A stretch of DNA of 64,000 bases, taken from assembly GCF_054482595.1 (NCBI RefSeq), contig NZ_CM137008.1; one strand, 5' to 3'. Below are positions 22,120 to 31,829 of the stretch, piece by piece. A program made the translations under genes and the position numbers. A model generated the notes under the pieces. The model was not told the DNA's origin. It saw only the letters and a program-made list of their open reading frames with translations, and did no database searches. The stretch's first letter is position 1; each line of letters starts with the position of its first letter.

Positions 22120-23256
22120 ATGGATTTACTGATTATTTTGACCTATGTGGCTTTTGCATGGGCAATGTTTAAGATCTTCAAAATTCCCGTAAATAAATGG
22201 ACCATTCCCACAGCGGCCTTGGGTGGAATATTTATTGTCAGCGGTCTAATTCTGTTAATGAACTATAACCATCCGTATACCTTTAAAGCGCAAAAAGCGG
22301 TTATTTCTATTCCTGTTGTCCCACAGGTGACTGGTGTGGTGATTGAAGTGACGGATAAGAAAAATACGCTGATTAAAAAAGGTGAAGTGCTATTTCGACT
22401 GGACCCGACGCGTTATCAGGCGCGGGTGGATCGGCTGATGGCGGATATCGTTACCGCAGAACATAAACAGCGGGCGTTGGGCGCAGAGTTAGATGAGATG
22501 GTGGCGAATACTCAGCAGGCAAAGGCCACGCGGGATAAATTCGCTAAAGAGTATCAGCGTTACGCACGCGGCAGCCAGGCGAAAGTAAACCCGTTTTCAG
22601 AACGCGATATCGATGTGGCGCGGCAAAATTATCTGGCGCAGGAAGCCTCCGTAAAGTCATCGGCAGCGGAACAAAAACAGATCCAGAGCCAGCTGGATAG
22701 CCTGGTGTTGGGTGAACATTCTCAAATCGCCAGCCTGAAAGCGCAGCTCGCGGAAGCAAAATATAACCTTGAGCAGACGATAGTGCGTGCGCCGAGCGAT
22801 GGTTATGTGACCCAGGTACTGATTCGTCCGGGTACCTATGCCGCGTCGCTGCCGCTACGTCCGGTGATGGTGTTTATACCCGATCAGAAACGACAAATCG
22901 TGGCGCAGTTCCGTCAGAACTCCTTGCTGCGCCTGGCTCCCGGCGATGATGCGGAAGTGGTATTTAACGCTCTGCCAGGCAAAGTGTTCAGCGGTAAGCT
23001 GGCAGCCATTAGTCCAGCTGTTCCCGGCGGAGCTTATCAGTCGACCGGCACCTTACAGACGTTAAACACAGCGCCGGGTTCAGATGGCGTTATCGCGACC
23101 ATTGAACTGAATGAGCACACTGATTTGAGCGCTTTACCAGACGGTATTTACGCCCAGGTGGCGGTCTACTCTGATCATTTCAGCCATGTCTCGGTGATGC
23201 GCAAAGTGTTATTACGTATGACCAGCTGGGTGCATTACCTTTATCTCGATCATTAA
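22120..23256 (+). CDS. yiaV: HlyD-family membrane-fusion-like protein (paralogue of yibH)
   Basis: 378-aa ORF collinear with yibH over its entire length. Confidence 0.85.
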   Translation: MDLLIILTYVAFAWAMFKIFKIPVNKWTIPTAALGGIFIVSGLILLMNYNHPYTFKAQKAVISIPVVPQVTGVVIEVTDKKNTLIKKGEVLFRLDPTRYQARVDRLMADIVTAEHKQRALGAELDEMVANTQQAKATRDKFAKEYQRYARGSQAKVNPFSERDIDVARQNYLAQEASVKSSAAEQKQIQSQLDSLVLGEHSQIASLKAQLAEAKYNLEQTIVRAPSDGYVTQVLIRPGTYAASLPLRPVMVFIPDQKRQIVAQFRQNSLLRLAPGDDAEVVFNALPGKVFSGKLAAISPAVPGGAYQSTGTLQTLNTAPGSDGVIATIELNEHTDLSALPDGIYAQVAVYSDHFSHVSVMRKVLLRMTSWVHYLYLDH

Positions 23257-24227
23257 TCTTCGCTTTCCGCCGCTTGTTCAGGCCGCAATTGCTGCGACTG
23301 AGCAAGCTGGTGGCGAATTTCACGCAGCATTTCATCCAGCACATACTGGACCCGCCAGGGCTGGTATTCCCGTTTACGGAAGATAGCCACCAGATCCAGC
23401 CACCATTCATACGGGTGCTGAAAGCAGGGCACCAGCGTGCCGTCTTGCAGATCGCTCTGCACACTTTTGTCTGGCGCAAACACAATCCCCAGGTGATTTC
23501 GTGCCAGCTCCAGCGCCGATTGCGTGTTGTCGCAAACGTAATTTCCCTTCACGCGATAATCCCGCACCTCTTTACTCCCGGCGACGTTGAAGCGCCAGAT
23601 ATTCGCGTCGTCGATCATCATCGAGTCGATCAAAATACAGGAGTGATGTTCGAGTTCGTCAGGACGGCTAATAGGATGTTTCTCAAGATAGCGCTGGCTG
23701 GCATAAGCGGTTACGGCATATTGTGTAATAAAACTGGCAACCAGCGATTCATCTTTTGGTGGAGCGTAGCTGATTAAAACATCACAGTCATCAGGAAATT
23801 CGACGCCTTCATAAAAGGCATTACGCTCAAGATTGCAGGTTTTTAGCGATAAGGTGATATCACCGATATCTTTAATTTTATCGATTACATGTTTGGATAA
23901 ATAGGTAATTATGCCGGTTGGGGCGTAGATGGTGACCCGACCACGTTTCTCATGCTTATAATCTGCAATAAAATTATTAAGCTGCTCGTTTCTGTCCAGC
24001 ATGTCGTTGATGTACGGTAACAGCGCGGTACCAAAAGGTGTGAGCATCAGCTGCCGGGTGGTTCGGTCAAAGACTTTTAAACCCACTTTTGATTCAAAAT
24101 CAGCAAGATATTTGCTGACGTTGGCCTGTGCGATGCCAAGTACAGTCGCGGCATGGCTGATATTTTCACTGGCAGCGATTACCGAGATAATTTTTAACTC
24201 CCGGTACTTAAGTTGTAATTTTGTCAT
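23253..24227 (-). CDS. yiaU: LysR-family transcriptional regulator
   Basis: 324-aa ORF with N-terminal HTH ([35 protein letters not shown]); 3' end overlaps the yiaV stop by 4 nt, convergent. Confidence 0.9.
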   Translation of the reverse strand: MTKLQLKYRELKIISVIAASENISHAATVLGIAQANVSKYLADFESKVGLKVFDRTTRQLMLTPFGTALLPYINDMLDRNEQLNNFIADYKHEKRGRVTIYAPTGIITYLSKHVIDKIKDIGDITLSLKTCNLERNAFYEGVEFPDDCDVLISYAPPKDESLVASFITQYAVTAYASQRYLEKHPISRPDELEHHSCILIDSMMIDDANIWRFNVAGSKEVRDYRVKGNYVCDNTQSALELARNHLGIVFAPDKSVQSDLQDGTLVPCFQHPYEWWLDLVAIFRKREYQPWRVQYVLDEMLREIRHQLAQSQQLRPEQAAESED

Positions 24228-24350
24228 CGCAACAGCCCAATTATATATAATTTTATATATTACTATATAAATATGAATCTTGCACCGGAGAAATTGTAAG
24301 CATTACTATGCCGACTCTTTTTTATCTTATTTTAAAATGGAATACCGGAC

Positions 24351-25091
24351 ATGTTAATTAACCGCAATATTGTGGCGTTATTTGCGTTGCCTTTTATGGC
24401 AAGCGCAACTGCTTCTGAATTATCCATTGGTGCTGGTGCGGCTTATAATGAATCGCCTTATCGCGGTTATAATGAAAATACAAAGGCAATTCCGCTGATT
24501 AGCTATGAAGGTGATACTTTTTATGTTCGTCAGACCACGTTAGGTTTTATTCTGTCGCAAAGTGAAAAAAATGAACTTAGCCTGACCGCATCCTGGATGC
24601 CGCTGGAATTTGACCCTGCCGATAATGACGATTATGCCATGCAACAGCTTGATAAGCGTGATAGTACGGCTATGGCGGGGGTTGCCTGGTATCACCACGA
24701 GCGTTGGGGAACCGTGAAAGCCTCTGCAGCTGCGGACGTTCTGGATAACAGCAACGGCTGGGTGGGGGAGCTATCGGTATTCCACAAAATGCAGATAGGT
24801 CGTCTGTCGCTGACACCTGCGCTGGGCGTTCTCTATTATGACGAGAATTTCAGTGACTATTACTATGGCATTTCAGAGAGTGAGTCCCGTCGTAGCGGTC
24901 TGGCAAGTTATTCCGCGCAGGATGCCTGGGTGCCCTATGTCAGCCTGACGGCAAAATACCCGATAGGAGAGCACGTCGTATTGATGGCGAGCGCAGGATA
25001 CAGCGAGCTGCCGGAAGAGATTACCGACAGCCCGATGATTGATCGTAATGAGAGTTTTACCTTCGTCACCGGCGTGAGCTGGCGTTTTTAA
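24351..25091 (+). CDS. yiaT: MipA/OmpV-family outer-membrane protein
   Basis: 246-aa ORF with signal peptide (MLINRNIVALFALPFMASATA) and a C-terminal aromatic residue (…VSWRF), typical of beta-barrel OMPs. Confidence 0.85.
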   Translation: MLINRNIVALFALPFMASATASELSIGAGAAYNESPYRGYNENTKAIPLISYEGDTFYVRQTTLGFILSQSEKNELSLTASWMPLEFDPADNDDYAMQQLDKRDSTAMAGVAWYHHERWGTVKASAAADVLDNSNGWVGELSVFHKMQIGRLSLTPALGVLYYDENFSDYYYGISESESRRSGLASYSAQDAWVPYVSLTAKYPIGEHVVLMASAGYSELPEEITDSPMIDRNESFTFVTGVSWRF

Positions 25092-25099
25092 TTCACCGG

Positions 25100-25228
25100 T
25101 GGATGTCGGTGCGGCTGGCCTACGCTCTCGCACCGACTTGTATGCCTGATAAGACGTGTTAAGCGTCGCATCAGGCAATGTGCTCCTTACGTTGGATGCG
25201 GCGCGAGTGCCTTATCCAACCTACGGAT
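25100..25228. repeat. REP/BIME element at the yiaT-proximal boundary of the GH127 module
   Basis: gcctgataagacgtgttaagcgtcgcatcaggc and ggatgcggcgcgagtgccttatccaacctacgg; the last unit overlaps the GH127 stop codon. Confidence 0.75.
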
Positions 25229-27191
25229 GGCAATGCTTTTCCTCATTCACCCAGATCCGCATTTCGCCTTCACCCCGGTTGGCCCAGCTAAACCACGGGA
25301 TAAAGGTCAGAGTTTGCGTCTGGCGTTTGGCTGGCGCGCTGTCGTAATGCCACAGCGGTTGCTGCTCTGGATTGCTCTGTTCATACCGGTAACCCGGTGC
25401 CTGGATTAAGATCTTATGGCTAAACAATCCATTGCCTTCAAATGTCGTAAATGGCGCATCGGTGGGCAGCCACAGATTATGCAGTGACTCGCCGTTGTCG
25501 GCCTGTTCCAGGCAATACACCAGCGGGCCGCGCTGAATCGCCACTTTTCCGGCGACGTGACGCACCAGCGGGTTACCGTAAACGCGACGTACTGGCATCG
25601 GCAAAGTCAGATTCAGCGTGTCGCCCTCCTGCCATTCGCGGGTAATGTGCAAATACCCTTTACGAATATCCTGCTCGACCTCTTCCCCATTCAATATGAT
25701 CTGCGGCTGTGTGCACCAGTCCGGCAGACGTAAAGCAAGTGTATGACGCACCGGCTGGGGCGATTCGACCGCAATCGTCACCTGTTCCTGCCACGGATAG
25801 TTCCCGCTAACCCGCAGGCGCAGCGTGCCATTTTCTACCGGCACTTCCATGCTGTTTCCTGCGTATATGTTGATATACAACGCATCTTCTCGCGGCGTGT
25901 AGAGATAATGACCAATCGAGGTCAGCACGCGGGCGATATTTGGCGGACAACAAGCGCAGCCAAACCAACGCTGGCGGATCGGTTTAACGTGATCGTAGAT
26001 ATGGTTGAATTTCAGCGATTTTGGATGTACTTCCAGCGGATTCACATAGAAGAAATGTTTGCCATCCAGCGCCATGCCGCCGAGCACGGTGTTGTACAGT
26101 GCGCGCTCCATCACATCGGCATATTGACTGTCGCCTTCCATTTCCAGCATTCGTCGGGCAAACATCATCAGGCCGATGGAGGCGCAACTTTCAGCGTATA
26201 CCGTGTCATTCGGCAGATCGTAATCGCTGCTGAACGCTTCACCGCTGCTCTGTGAGCCAATGCCGCCGGTAATATATAACTGACGCTGGGCCATATTGTT
26301 CCACAGCCGCAGGCAGTTCTGACGCTTGCTGTCATCGTGACTTAAACGCGCGAGATGCGCGACGCCGGTCATCAGATAGACAAAACGTACCGCGTGACCG
26401 ATGGCGGTTTGCTGTTGCGCAAGGGGCAAATGTGCCTGGCTGTAGGCTTTGTCTTTCACCATCCACGCCGGGCCGTAGGTGTGCCAGTGCGATGTCTGCC
26501 CGCGCTTTTCATATTCCTGGTCGTAATAGTGCGGTTGCGCACCACGTTGTTCGACAAAATAGTTCGTCAGTGCCAGGTAGCGCGGCTCTTCGGTCACTTC
26601 ATACAGACGCATCAGTGCCAGTTCAATTTCCGGGTGACCAGGGTAACCGTGTAACTTACTTTCATCTGGACCAAACACGCTGTCGATATGATCGGCCAGA
26701 CGGCAAACCACTTCCAGCAAGCGCCGCTTGCCCGTGGCCTGGAAGAAGGCGACTCCAGCTTCAATCAGATGACCTGCGCAGTAAAGTTCATGACACTCCG
26801 CCAGATTGCTCCAGCGTTCTTCGGGTGCTTTTACCGTAAAGTAAGTATTGAGATAGCCGTCTTCGCATTGGGCGGAGGCGATCAGTTCGATTACCTCGTC
26901 GGCGGTTTTTTCCAGTTCGGCGTCTGGCTTCTGGCACAGCGACCAGGCTACCGCTTCCAGCCATTTGGCGACATCGCTGTCCTGAAACACCATCCCGTAA
27001 AATTCACCCTCCTGAAGTCCGGCGGCAATGCGAAAGTTTTCAATCGCATGGCTGGGTTCCGCTTCTGGTATACGATCGTTCAAGGCATCCCACTGATAAG
27101 GAATCACCACGTCGCGGACCAGTTGTTGGTACTGACCGAGAAACGGATCGCTGACCGTCAGTTTATGCAGATCGACTTCCGAAATGTTCAT
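25221..27191 (-). CDS. Glycoside hydrolase family 127-like protein (DUF1680; putative beta-L-arabinofuranosidase), cytoplasmic
   Basis: Start taken at MNISEVDL after SD aaggag (656 aa); contains YAESCASIG and WFGCACCPPN, matching the Glu-x-Cys and Cys-x-Cys-Cys zinc/nucleophile signature of GH127 enzymes; no signal peptide. Confidence 0.75.
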   Translation of the reverse strand: MNISEVDLHKLTVSDPFLGQYQQLVRDVVIPYQWDALNDRIPEAEPSHAIENFRIAAGLQEGEFYGMVFQDSDVAKWLEAVAWSLCQKPDAELEKTADEVIELIASAQCEDGYLNTYFTVKAPEERWSNLAECHELYCAGHLIEAGVAFFQATGKRRLLEVVCRLADHIDSVFGPDESKLHGYPGHPEIELALMRLYEVTEEPRYLALTNYFVEQRGAQPHYYDQEYEKRGQTSHWHTYGPAWMVKDKAYSQAHLPLAQQQTAIGHAVRFVYLMTGVAHLARLSHDDSKRQNCLRLWNNMAQRQLYITGGIGSQSSGEAFSSDYDLPNDTVYAESCASIGLMMFARRMLEMEGDSQYADVMERALYNTVLGGMALDGKHFFYVNPLEVHPKSLKFNHIYDHVKPIRQRWFGCACCPPNIARVLTSIGHYLYTPREDALYINIYAGNSMEVPVENGTLRLRVSGNYPWQEQVTIAVESPQPVRHTLALRLPDWCTQPQIILNGEEVEQDIRKGYLHITREWQEGDTLNLTLPMPVRRVYGNPLVRHVAGKVAIQRGPLVYCLEQADNGESLHNLWLPTDAPFTTFEGNGLFSHKILIQAPGYRYEQSNPEQQPLWHYDSAPAKRQTQTLTFIPWFSWANRGEGEMRIWVNEEKHCHP

Positions 27192-27201
27192 CTTGTGCTC
27201 C

Positions 27202-28602
27202 TTAAGGCTGTACATGACGCTGACGCAGGTCGGTAGCAATGCGTGACATCATAGGGTTATTGAGTTTGCAAAAGCGGATCGCCCCTGCCAGCAGCAGGTG
27301 GAATAGCGCAGGCAGTAATGTTTCCATCGCCGTGATCCCGCCAAGCGAACTGGTGGTCTGGTTTTCCACGCCTGGCTGGTAGGCGACAAAAATAAACAGC
27401 AGGCTGATGATCCCGGCGCTGGAGGCCCAGGCCAGCTTGATGAAAAACAGATTGAAGGCGAAGTTCATGCCGGAAGAACGTACGCGGGTTTTCCACTCGC
27501 CGTAGTCATCGGCAAAGGCCATCAATGAGAAGTGCAGTGGCAATGTGAAGCCAAGAATCACGCCATTACCGAGGATCACCGCCAGCCACAGCGTTTGATA
27601 AGCCGGGCCGGAGGGCAGGAACCACATCAACACCGCCAGTGCAGCGAGGAGCAGGTTGGTGTAGTAATAAATTTTGACGGTATCGAAACGCCGCGTTAAC
27701 GGGCTGACAATCACCGAGCCGATAATGGAGGCGAAGGTGACCATGGTGAAGAACAGCGACGTGTAGCCCGTGCTGCCTTGTAAGACGTAGGTAATGAAGT
27801 ACATATACCCACCGCCGCGAATATTAAAGACGTTAATCAGCAGGAAAGACATGACCAGCATCAGCAGCAGTTGGTCGTTGTTCCGCAGCCCGGCAAGATG
27901 TTCGCGCAGGGTAAATTTCCCCATTGTGGAGAGTGGCACCCGTTCACGAACCCAGAAAAAACAGCACAGGAACATCACCACGGCAATGGCGCACAGCACG
28001 CCGACGCCCAATTGATAGCCGCGCGCGGCATTACCCTGACCGAAGAGATCTACCATCCACGGTAAGCCTACCGAAACCAGAAATCCCGCTACGCCACAGA
28101 GAACGAATCGCCAGGACTGGCAGGAGATCACTTCATTGTGGCGGGTGGTCATGGTGTTGATCAGCGCGCAGTACGGTACGTTGATGGCGGTATAACCGAC
28201 TGAAAGGAGCAGGTAAGTACCGAACGCCCAGGCGATTTTTACTCCCATGCTGGCATCTGGCACGGTGAACGTCAGGATGCCGATAATGCCGATGGGAATG
28301 GCAATCCATAGCTGCCACGGACGAAAGCGCCCCCAGCGACTTTGCGTCCGGTCGGCAATGACGCCCATCACCGGGTCGGAGATGGCATCAAACACGCGCA
28401 GTGCAATAAACAGCGTGCCAACCAGCGCCGGAGTTAATCCAAAAACGTCGGTGTAGAAAAAGGTGAGAAAGTTCATGATCAGGCAAGTTATTACGGTGCC
28501 GCCTGCGTCACCCAGGCCGTAGCCTATTTTTTCCCGTACCGATAACGCATCGTCAATTTTACCTTTAGCGATATCAGCGGTAGTAATCGGTGTAGAGGTC
28601 AT
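27202..28602 (-). CDS. GPH-family glycoside/pentoside/hexuronide:cation symporter (MelB-like)
   Basis: 466-aa polytopic [38 protein letters not shown]...[13 protein letters not shown] (GPH signature region); SD gagga; stop lies 10 nt before the GH127 start, so operon-like. Confidence 0.8.
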   Translation of the reverse strand: MTSTPITTADIAKGKIDDALSVREKIGYGLGDAGGTVITCLIMNFLTFFYTDVFGLTPALVGTLFIALRVFDAISDPVMGVIADRTQSRWGRFRPWQLWIAIPIGIIGILTFTVPDASMGVKIAWAFGTYLLLSVGYTAINVPYCALINTMTTRHNEVISCQSWRFVLCGVAGFLVSVGLPWMVDLFGQGNAARGYQLGVGVLCAIAVVMFLCCFFWVRERVPLSTMGKFTLREHLAGLRNNDQLLLMLVMSFLLINVFNIRGGGYMYFITYVLQGSTGYTSLFFTMVTFASIIGSVIVSPLTRRFDTVKIYYYTNLLLAALAVLMWFLPSGPAYQTLWLAVILGNGVILGFTLPLHFSLMAFADDYGEWKTRVRSSGMNFAFNLFFIKLAWASSAGIISLLFIFVAYQPGVENQTTSSLGGITAMETLLPALFHLLLAGAIRFCKLNNPMMSRIATDLRQRHVQP

Positions 28603-28740
28603 AGATATTCCTCGTGAATAGGGAGCAATTTTTAGTTTTATTGAAATGACCTGATTAATTCTGCCGTGAACGGGAATATCAACAAGGCGAGAAAAGAGTA
28701 AAAAAAGGTGACGATTCCGACCTGAATTTAAAAGTGTGAA

Positions 28741-29643
28741 ATGGATCAGGTGAAATTAATGTTTTTTATTAATAATCAAAAGGTAATGTGTTTTGTCATT
28801 AATGAAGAAGCGGGAAATTACATATCAATGCTCGAATTATCCATGACGTTACCGATTAAAGTGCAAAATGGTGGATTATTTATTTCCCGTGGCGTAGGGA
28901 GGCATCCTGCAAGGCGGCTGGAGTCATGGGAAATTATCTTTGTCGAAAAAGGTCGATTAACGATTCAGGAAGAAGAACGGATATTTCTGGTCGATGCGGG
29001 AGAGAGTTTATTACTCTGGCCGAACCGACAACATGTTGGGGTGGAGGATTTTCCCGCCGATCTCAAATTTTACTGGCTGCATTTTGAGGTTAAAGCGCCG
29101 GACAACGACCCTCGCTGGCTTACTCATCTTAGCGTGCCGCAACAAACGAAGGTTGTCGATCCGCAGGCGCTGGTGGCCCTGTTTCGCCAGTTCTTAAGCG
29201 AACAGGAAAAGCATCAACGCACTCCGGCGCTGGAGTTTATTGTGCTGCTCATTTTGCAGCAGCTCACCCGTGACGCGCGTCTTGATGAACAGGCCGATGG
29301 CGCAGGCACCACCCTTGCCTGGAAAGCGCAGAAACTGATCCGCACGCAATATCATCGCCCGCTTTCTACGGTGCTTCTGGCCCGCGAGCTGTACTGCAAT
29401 GCCGATTATCTTGGGCGCGTCTACCGGCGGGTGTTTCATCTGACGTTAACAGAAGCAATCCATCGCCAGCGGGTGCGCGAAGCCGAAAAGCTGTTAATTA
29501 GCGAAGCGCGATCGCTCACGGAAGTGGCGGCGTTGTGCGGGTTTAATGACGTTGGCTATTTCCGGCAGATTTTTCGCAAACACACCGGTTTAACGCCAGC
29601 AGCGTGGAAGCGGCGTTACAGCAAGGAACATATCAATTCGTAG
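28741..29643 (+). CDS. AraC/XylS-family transcriptional regulator (N-terminal cupin-like sensing domain, C-terminal HTH)
   Basis: 300-aa ORF divergent from the transporter gene; C-terminal region with the typical AraC HTH; start codon uncertain (ATG 28741 or a downstream Met near 28819). Confidence 0.75.
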   Translation: MDQVKLMFFINNQKVMCFVINEEAGNYISMLELSMTLPIKVQNGGLFISRGVGRHPARRLESWEIIFVEKGRLTIQEEERIFLVDAGESLLLWPNRQHVGVEDFPADLKFYWLHFEVKAPDNDPRWLTHLSVPQQTKVVDPQALVALFRQFLSEQEKHQRTPALEFIVLLILQQLTRDARLDEQADGAGTTLAWKAQKLIRTQYHRPLSTVLLARELYCNADYLGRVYRRVFHLTLTEAIHRQRVREAEKLLISEARSLTEVAALCGFNDVGYFRQIFRKHTGLTPAAWKRRYSKEHINS

Positions 29644-29886
29644 TGCCGTGTCGATTTCGCTTTCGACATCACGTCTGAAACAGGTGGGGGAGAAAAATCT
29701 CCTGAAACCACTGCGTGAAACCGCGCAGGCTATTTCTAATGAACTGGGATTTACTGTCAGGGATGACCTTGGCGCGATCACATAACGCTTTGGACAAGTG
29801 CCAAAACTTTAACATTTCCTTCGTTGGATCAAAGCAGTAGGGACGTGCTCTCTGGCACTCTGCTGTTTTAGTGCAAAGGAGTGATC

Positions 29887-30360
29887 ATGAACCGGTTTAT
29901 TATTGCGGATGCGACGAAATGTATCGGTTGCCGTACCTGTGAAGTGGCTTGCGCAGTGTCGCATCAGGAGAATCAGGATTGCGCTGCGTTGTCACCAGAC
30001 GAGTTTATTTCCCGTATTCGTGTTATTAAAGACCACAGCTGGACCACGGCAGTAGCCTGTCATCAGTGTGAAGATGCACCGTGCGCGAATGTCTGCCCTG
30101 TTGACGCGATAAGCCGCGAACATGGGCATATTTTCGTTGAACAATCACGTTGCATTGGCTGTAAAAGCTGTATGCTGGCTTGCCCGTTTGGTGCGATGGA
30201 GGTCGTTTCTTCGCGCAAAAAGGCGAGGGCGATTAAGTGCGATCTGTGCTGGCATCGGGCGACGGGACCGGCCTGTGTTGAAGCCTGCCCGACAAAGGCG
30301 TTGCAGTGCATGGATGTCGAGAAAGTGCAGCGGCATCGGCTACGGCAGCAGCCTGTTTGA
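29887..30360 (+). CDS. ysaA: 4Fe-4S ferredoxin-type protein
   Basis: 157-aa ORF from ATG 29887 after SD aaggag; several CxxCxxCxxxCP motifs (CIGCRTCEVAC, CHQCEDAPCANVCP, CIGCKSCMLACP). Confidence 0.9.
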   Translation: MNRFIIADATKCIGCRTCEVACAVSHQENQDCAALSPDEFISRIRVIKDHSWTTAVACHQCEDAPCANVCPVDAISREHGHIFVEQSRCIGCKSCMLACPFGAMEVVSSRKKARAIKCDLCWHRATGPACVEACPTKALQCMDVEKVQRHRLRQQPV

Positions 30361-30398
30361 AACGTTTTTCCGGCGTTTCTCAACGCCGGAATAGCGTA

Positions 30399-31652
30399 TT
30401 AATGGCTTTCAGCCCAGGCGCGTTCAATCTCTTCCGCCAGAATCTTCACACCCGCCTCAATTTTCTCCGGCTCCGGCACGTAGTTCATGCGCATACATTG
30501 ATGTGTATGTGGCCACGGTTTATCCAGTCCTGGGAAGAAGTTGTGCCCCGGCACCATCAGCACGCCGCGTGCTTTCAGGCGCTGATAGAGCTGCTCGGTC
30601 GTAATGGGCAAATCCTTAAACCATAGCCAGAGGAAAATGGCTCCTTCCGGTTTATGAATCAGGCAGCGATTTTCCGGTAAATAGCGGCGAATGATGGCGA
30701 TAGTTTCCTGAACACGCTGGTAGTAAAACGGTTTGATGACTGTTTCAGACAGGCGCAGCAGATCGTTACGCTTAATCATTTCACACATCATCGCCGGACC
30801 AATACCGCCAGGTGCCAGGCTGATAATGCCGTTCATATTGGTGATGGCGGTGATGATTTTTTCATTGGCGATGATAATGCCGCAGCGGGAGCCAGGTAGA
30901 CCCAGCTTGGAAAGACTCATGCACAGCACGATATTCGGATTCCATAGCGGGCGCGCTTCACTGAAGATGATACCCGGGAACGGGACGCCATAAGCGTTAT
31001 CAATCACCAGCGGAATGCCGTGTTGATTCGCCAGCGCGTCAAGCTTCAGCAACTCTTCGTCAGTAATCACATTGCCTGTTGGATTCGTCGGCCGGGAGAC
31101 GCAAATCATCCCGGTTTCTTCGCCAATATGCAGATGCTCAAAATCGACGTGGTATTTAAACTGGCCTTCAGGCAGCAGTTCAATATTCGGACGCGCAGAG
31201 ACAAACAGATCTTCTTCCAGTCCGGCGTCAGCGTAGCCAATGTATTCCGGTGCCAGCGGGAACAGCACTTTTTTGACCCGACCATCGGCACGGCGTCCGG
31301 CAAATAGATTAAATAAGTAGAAAAACGCGCTCTGGCTGCCGTTTGTTAGTGCAATATTCTGTGGTTCGATATCCCAACCCAACTTCTCGTGCAGCATTCC
31401 GGCAAGCAGTGTGAGTAGCTCCGTTTTCCCCTGTGGACCGTCGTAATTGCACAGTGCATCAGTCGCTTTGCCACTTTCCAGCATGTCGGTCAGTAGCGTC
31501 TGGAAGTAGTCCTGCATTTCCGGGATCTGCGCCGGATTACCGCCGCCGAGCATAATCGCGCCAGGCGTGCGTAAACCGTCGTTCAGATCTTCCATCAGCA
31601 GCGTAATGCCGGAGTGGCGGGTAAATTTGTCACCAAAAAGGGAGAATGTCAT
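30399..31652 (-). CDS. avtA: Valine-pyruvate aminotransferase (transaminase C)
   Basis: Start at MTFSLFGDKFTRHSGITLLMEDLN (417 aa); class I/II aminotransferase; the ORF-track upstream extension is rejected. Confidence 0.9.
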   Translation of the reverse strand: MTFSLFGDKFTRHSGITLLMEDLNDGLRTPGAIMLGGGNPAQIPEMQDYFQTLLTDMLESGKATDALCNYDGPQGKTELLTLLAGMLHEKLGWDIEPQNIALTNGSQSAFFYLFNLFAGRRADGRVKKVLFPLAPEYIGYADAGLEEDLFVSARPNIELLPEGQFKYHVDFEHLHIGEETGMICVSRPTNPTGNVITDEELLKLDALANQHGIPLVIDNAYGVPFPGIIFSEARPLWNPNIVLCMSLSKLGLPGSRCGIIIANEKIITAITNMNGIISLAPGGIGPAMMCEMIKRNDLLRLSETVIKPFYYQRVQETIAIIRRYLPENRCLIHKPEGAIFLWLWFKDLPITTEQLYQRLKARGVLMVPGHNFFPGLDKPWPHTHQCMRMNYVPEPEKIEAGVKILAEEIERAWAESH

Positions 31653-31829
31653 AGCGGGATATCTGTCGAACTCTGTAGCAAGGAAGGTAACAATAACGCT
31701 ACATTTGCTGGGGTGCAAATCAGTCTGTTGAAGAGTGAGTGGTGCTTTATCCTGCAACGCTGATTAGGGCTGACATTTTATCCTGGTTGGCGGCTTCCCG
31801 AGGTACTGACTAACGGGAAGCCGGAAAAG

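Noticed and set aside
25092-29880. GH127/GPH/AraC module as a mobile genomic island
   Set aside because: No integrase, transposase, tRNA attachment site or direct repeats visible; GC content is similar to flanking core DNA; better explained as a variable chromosomal locus exchanged by homologous recombination.
31793-31822. Hairpin cttcccg...cgggaag between malS and avtA as a terminator
   Set aside because: No T-run follows on the malS-sense strand; could be a rho-dependent or regulatory structure, but evidence is insufficient.
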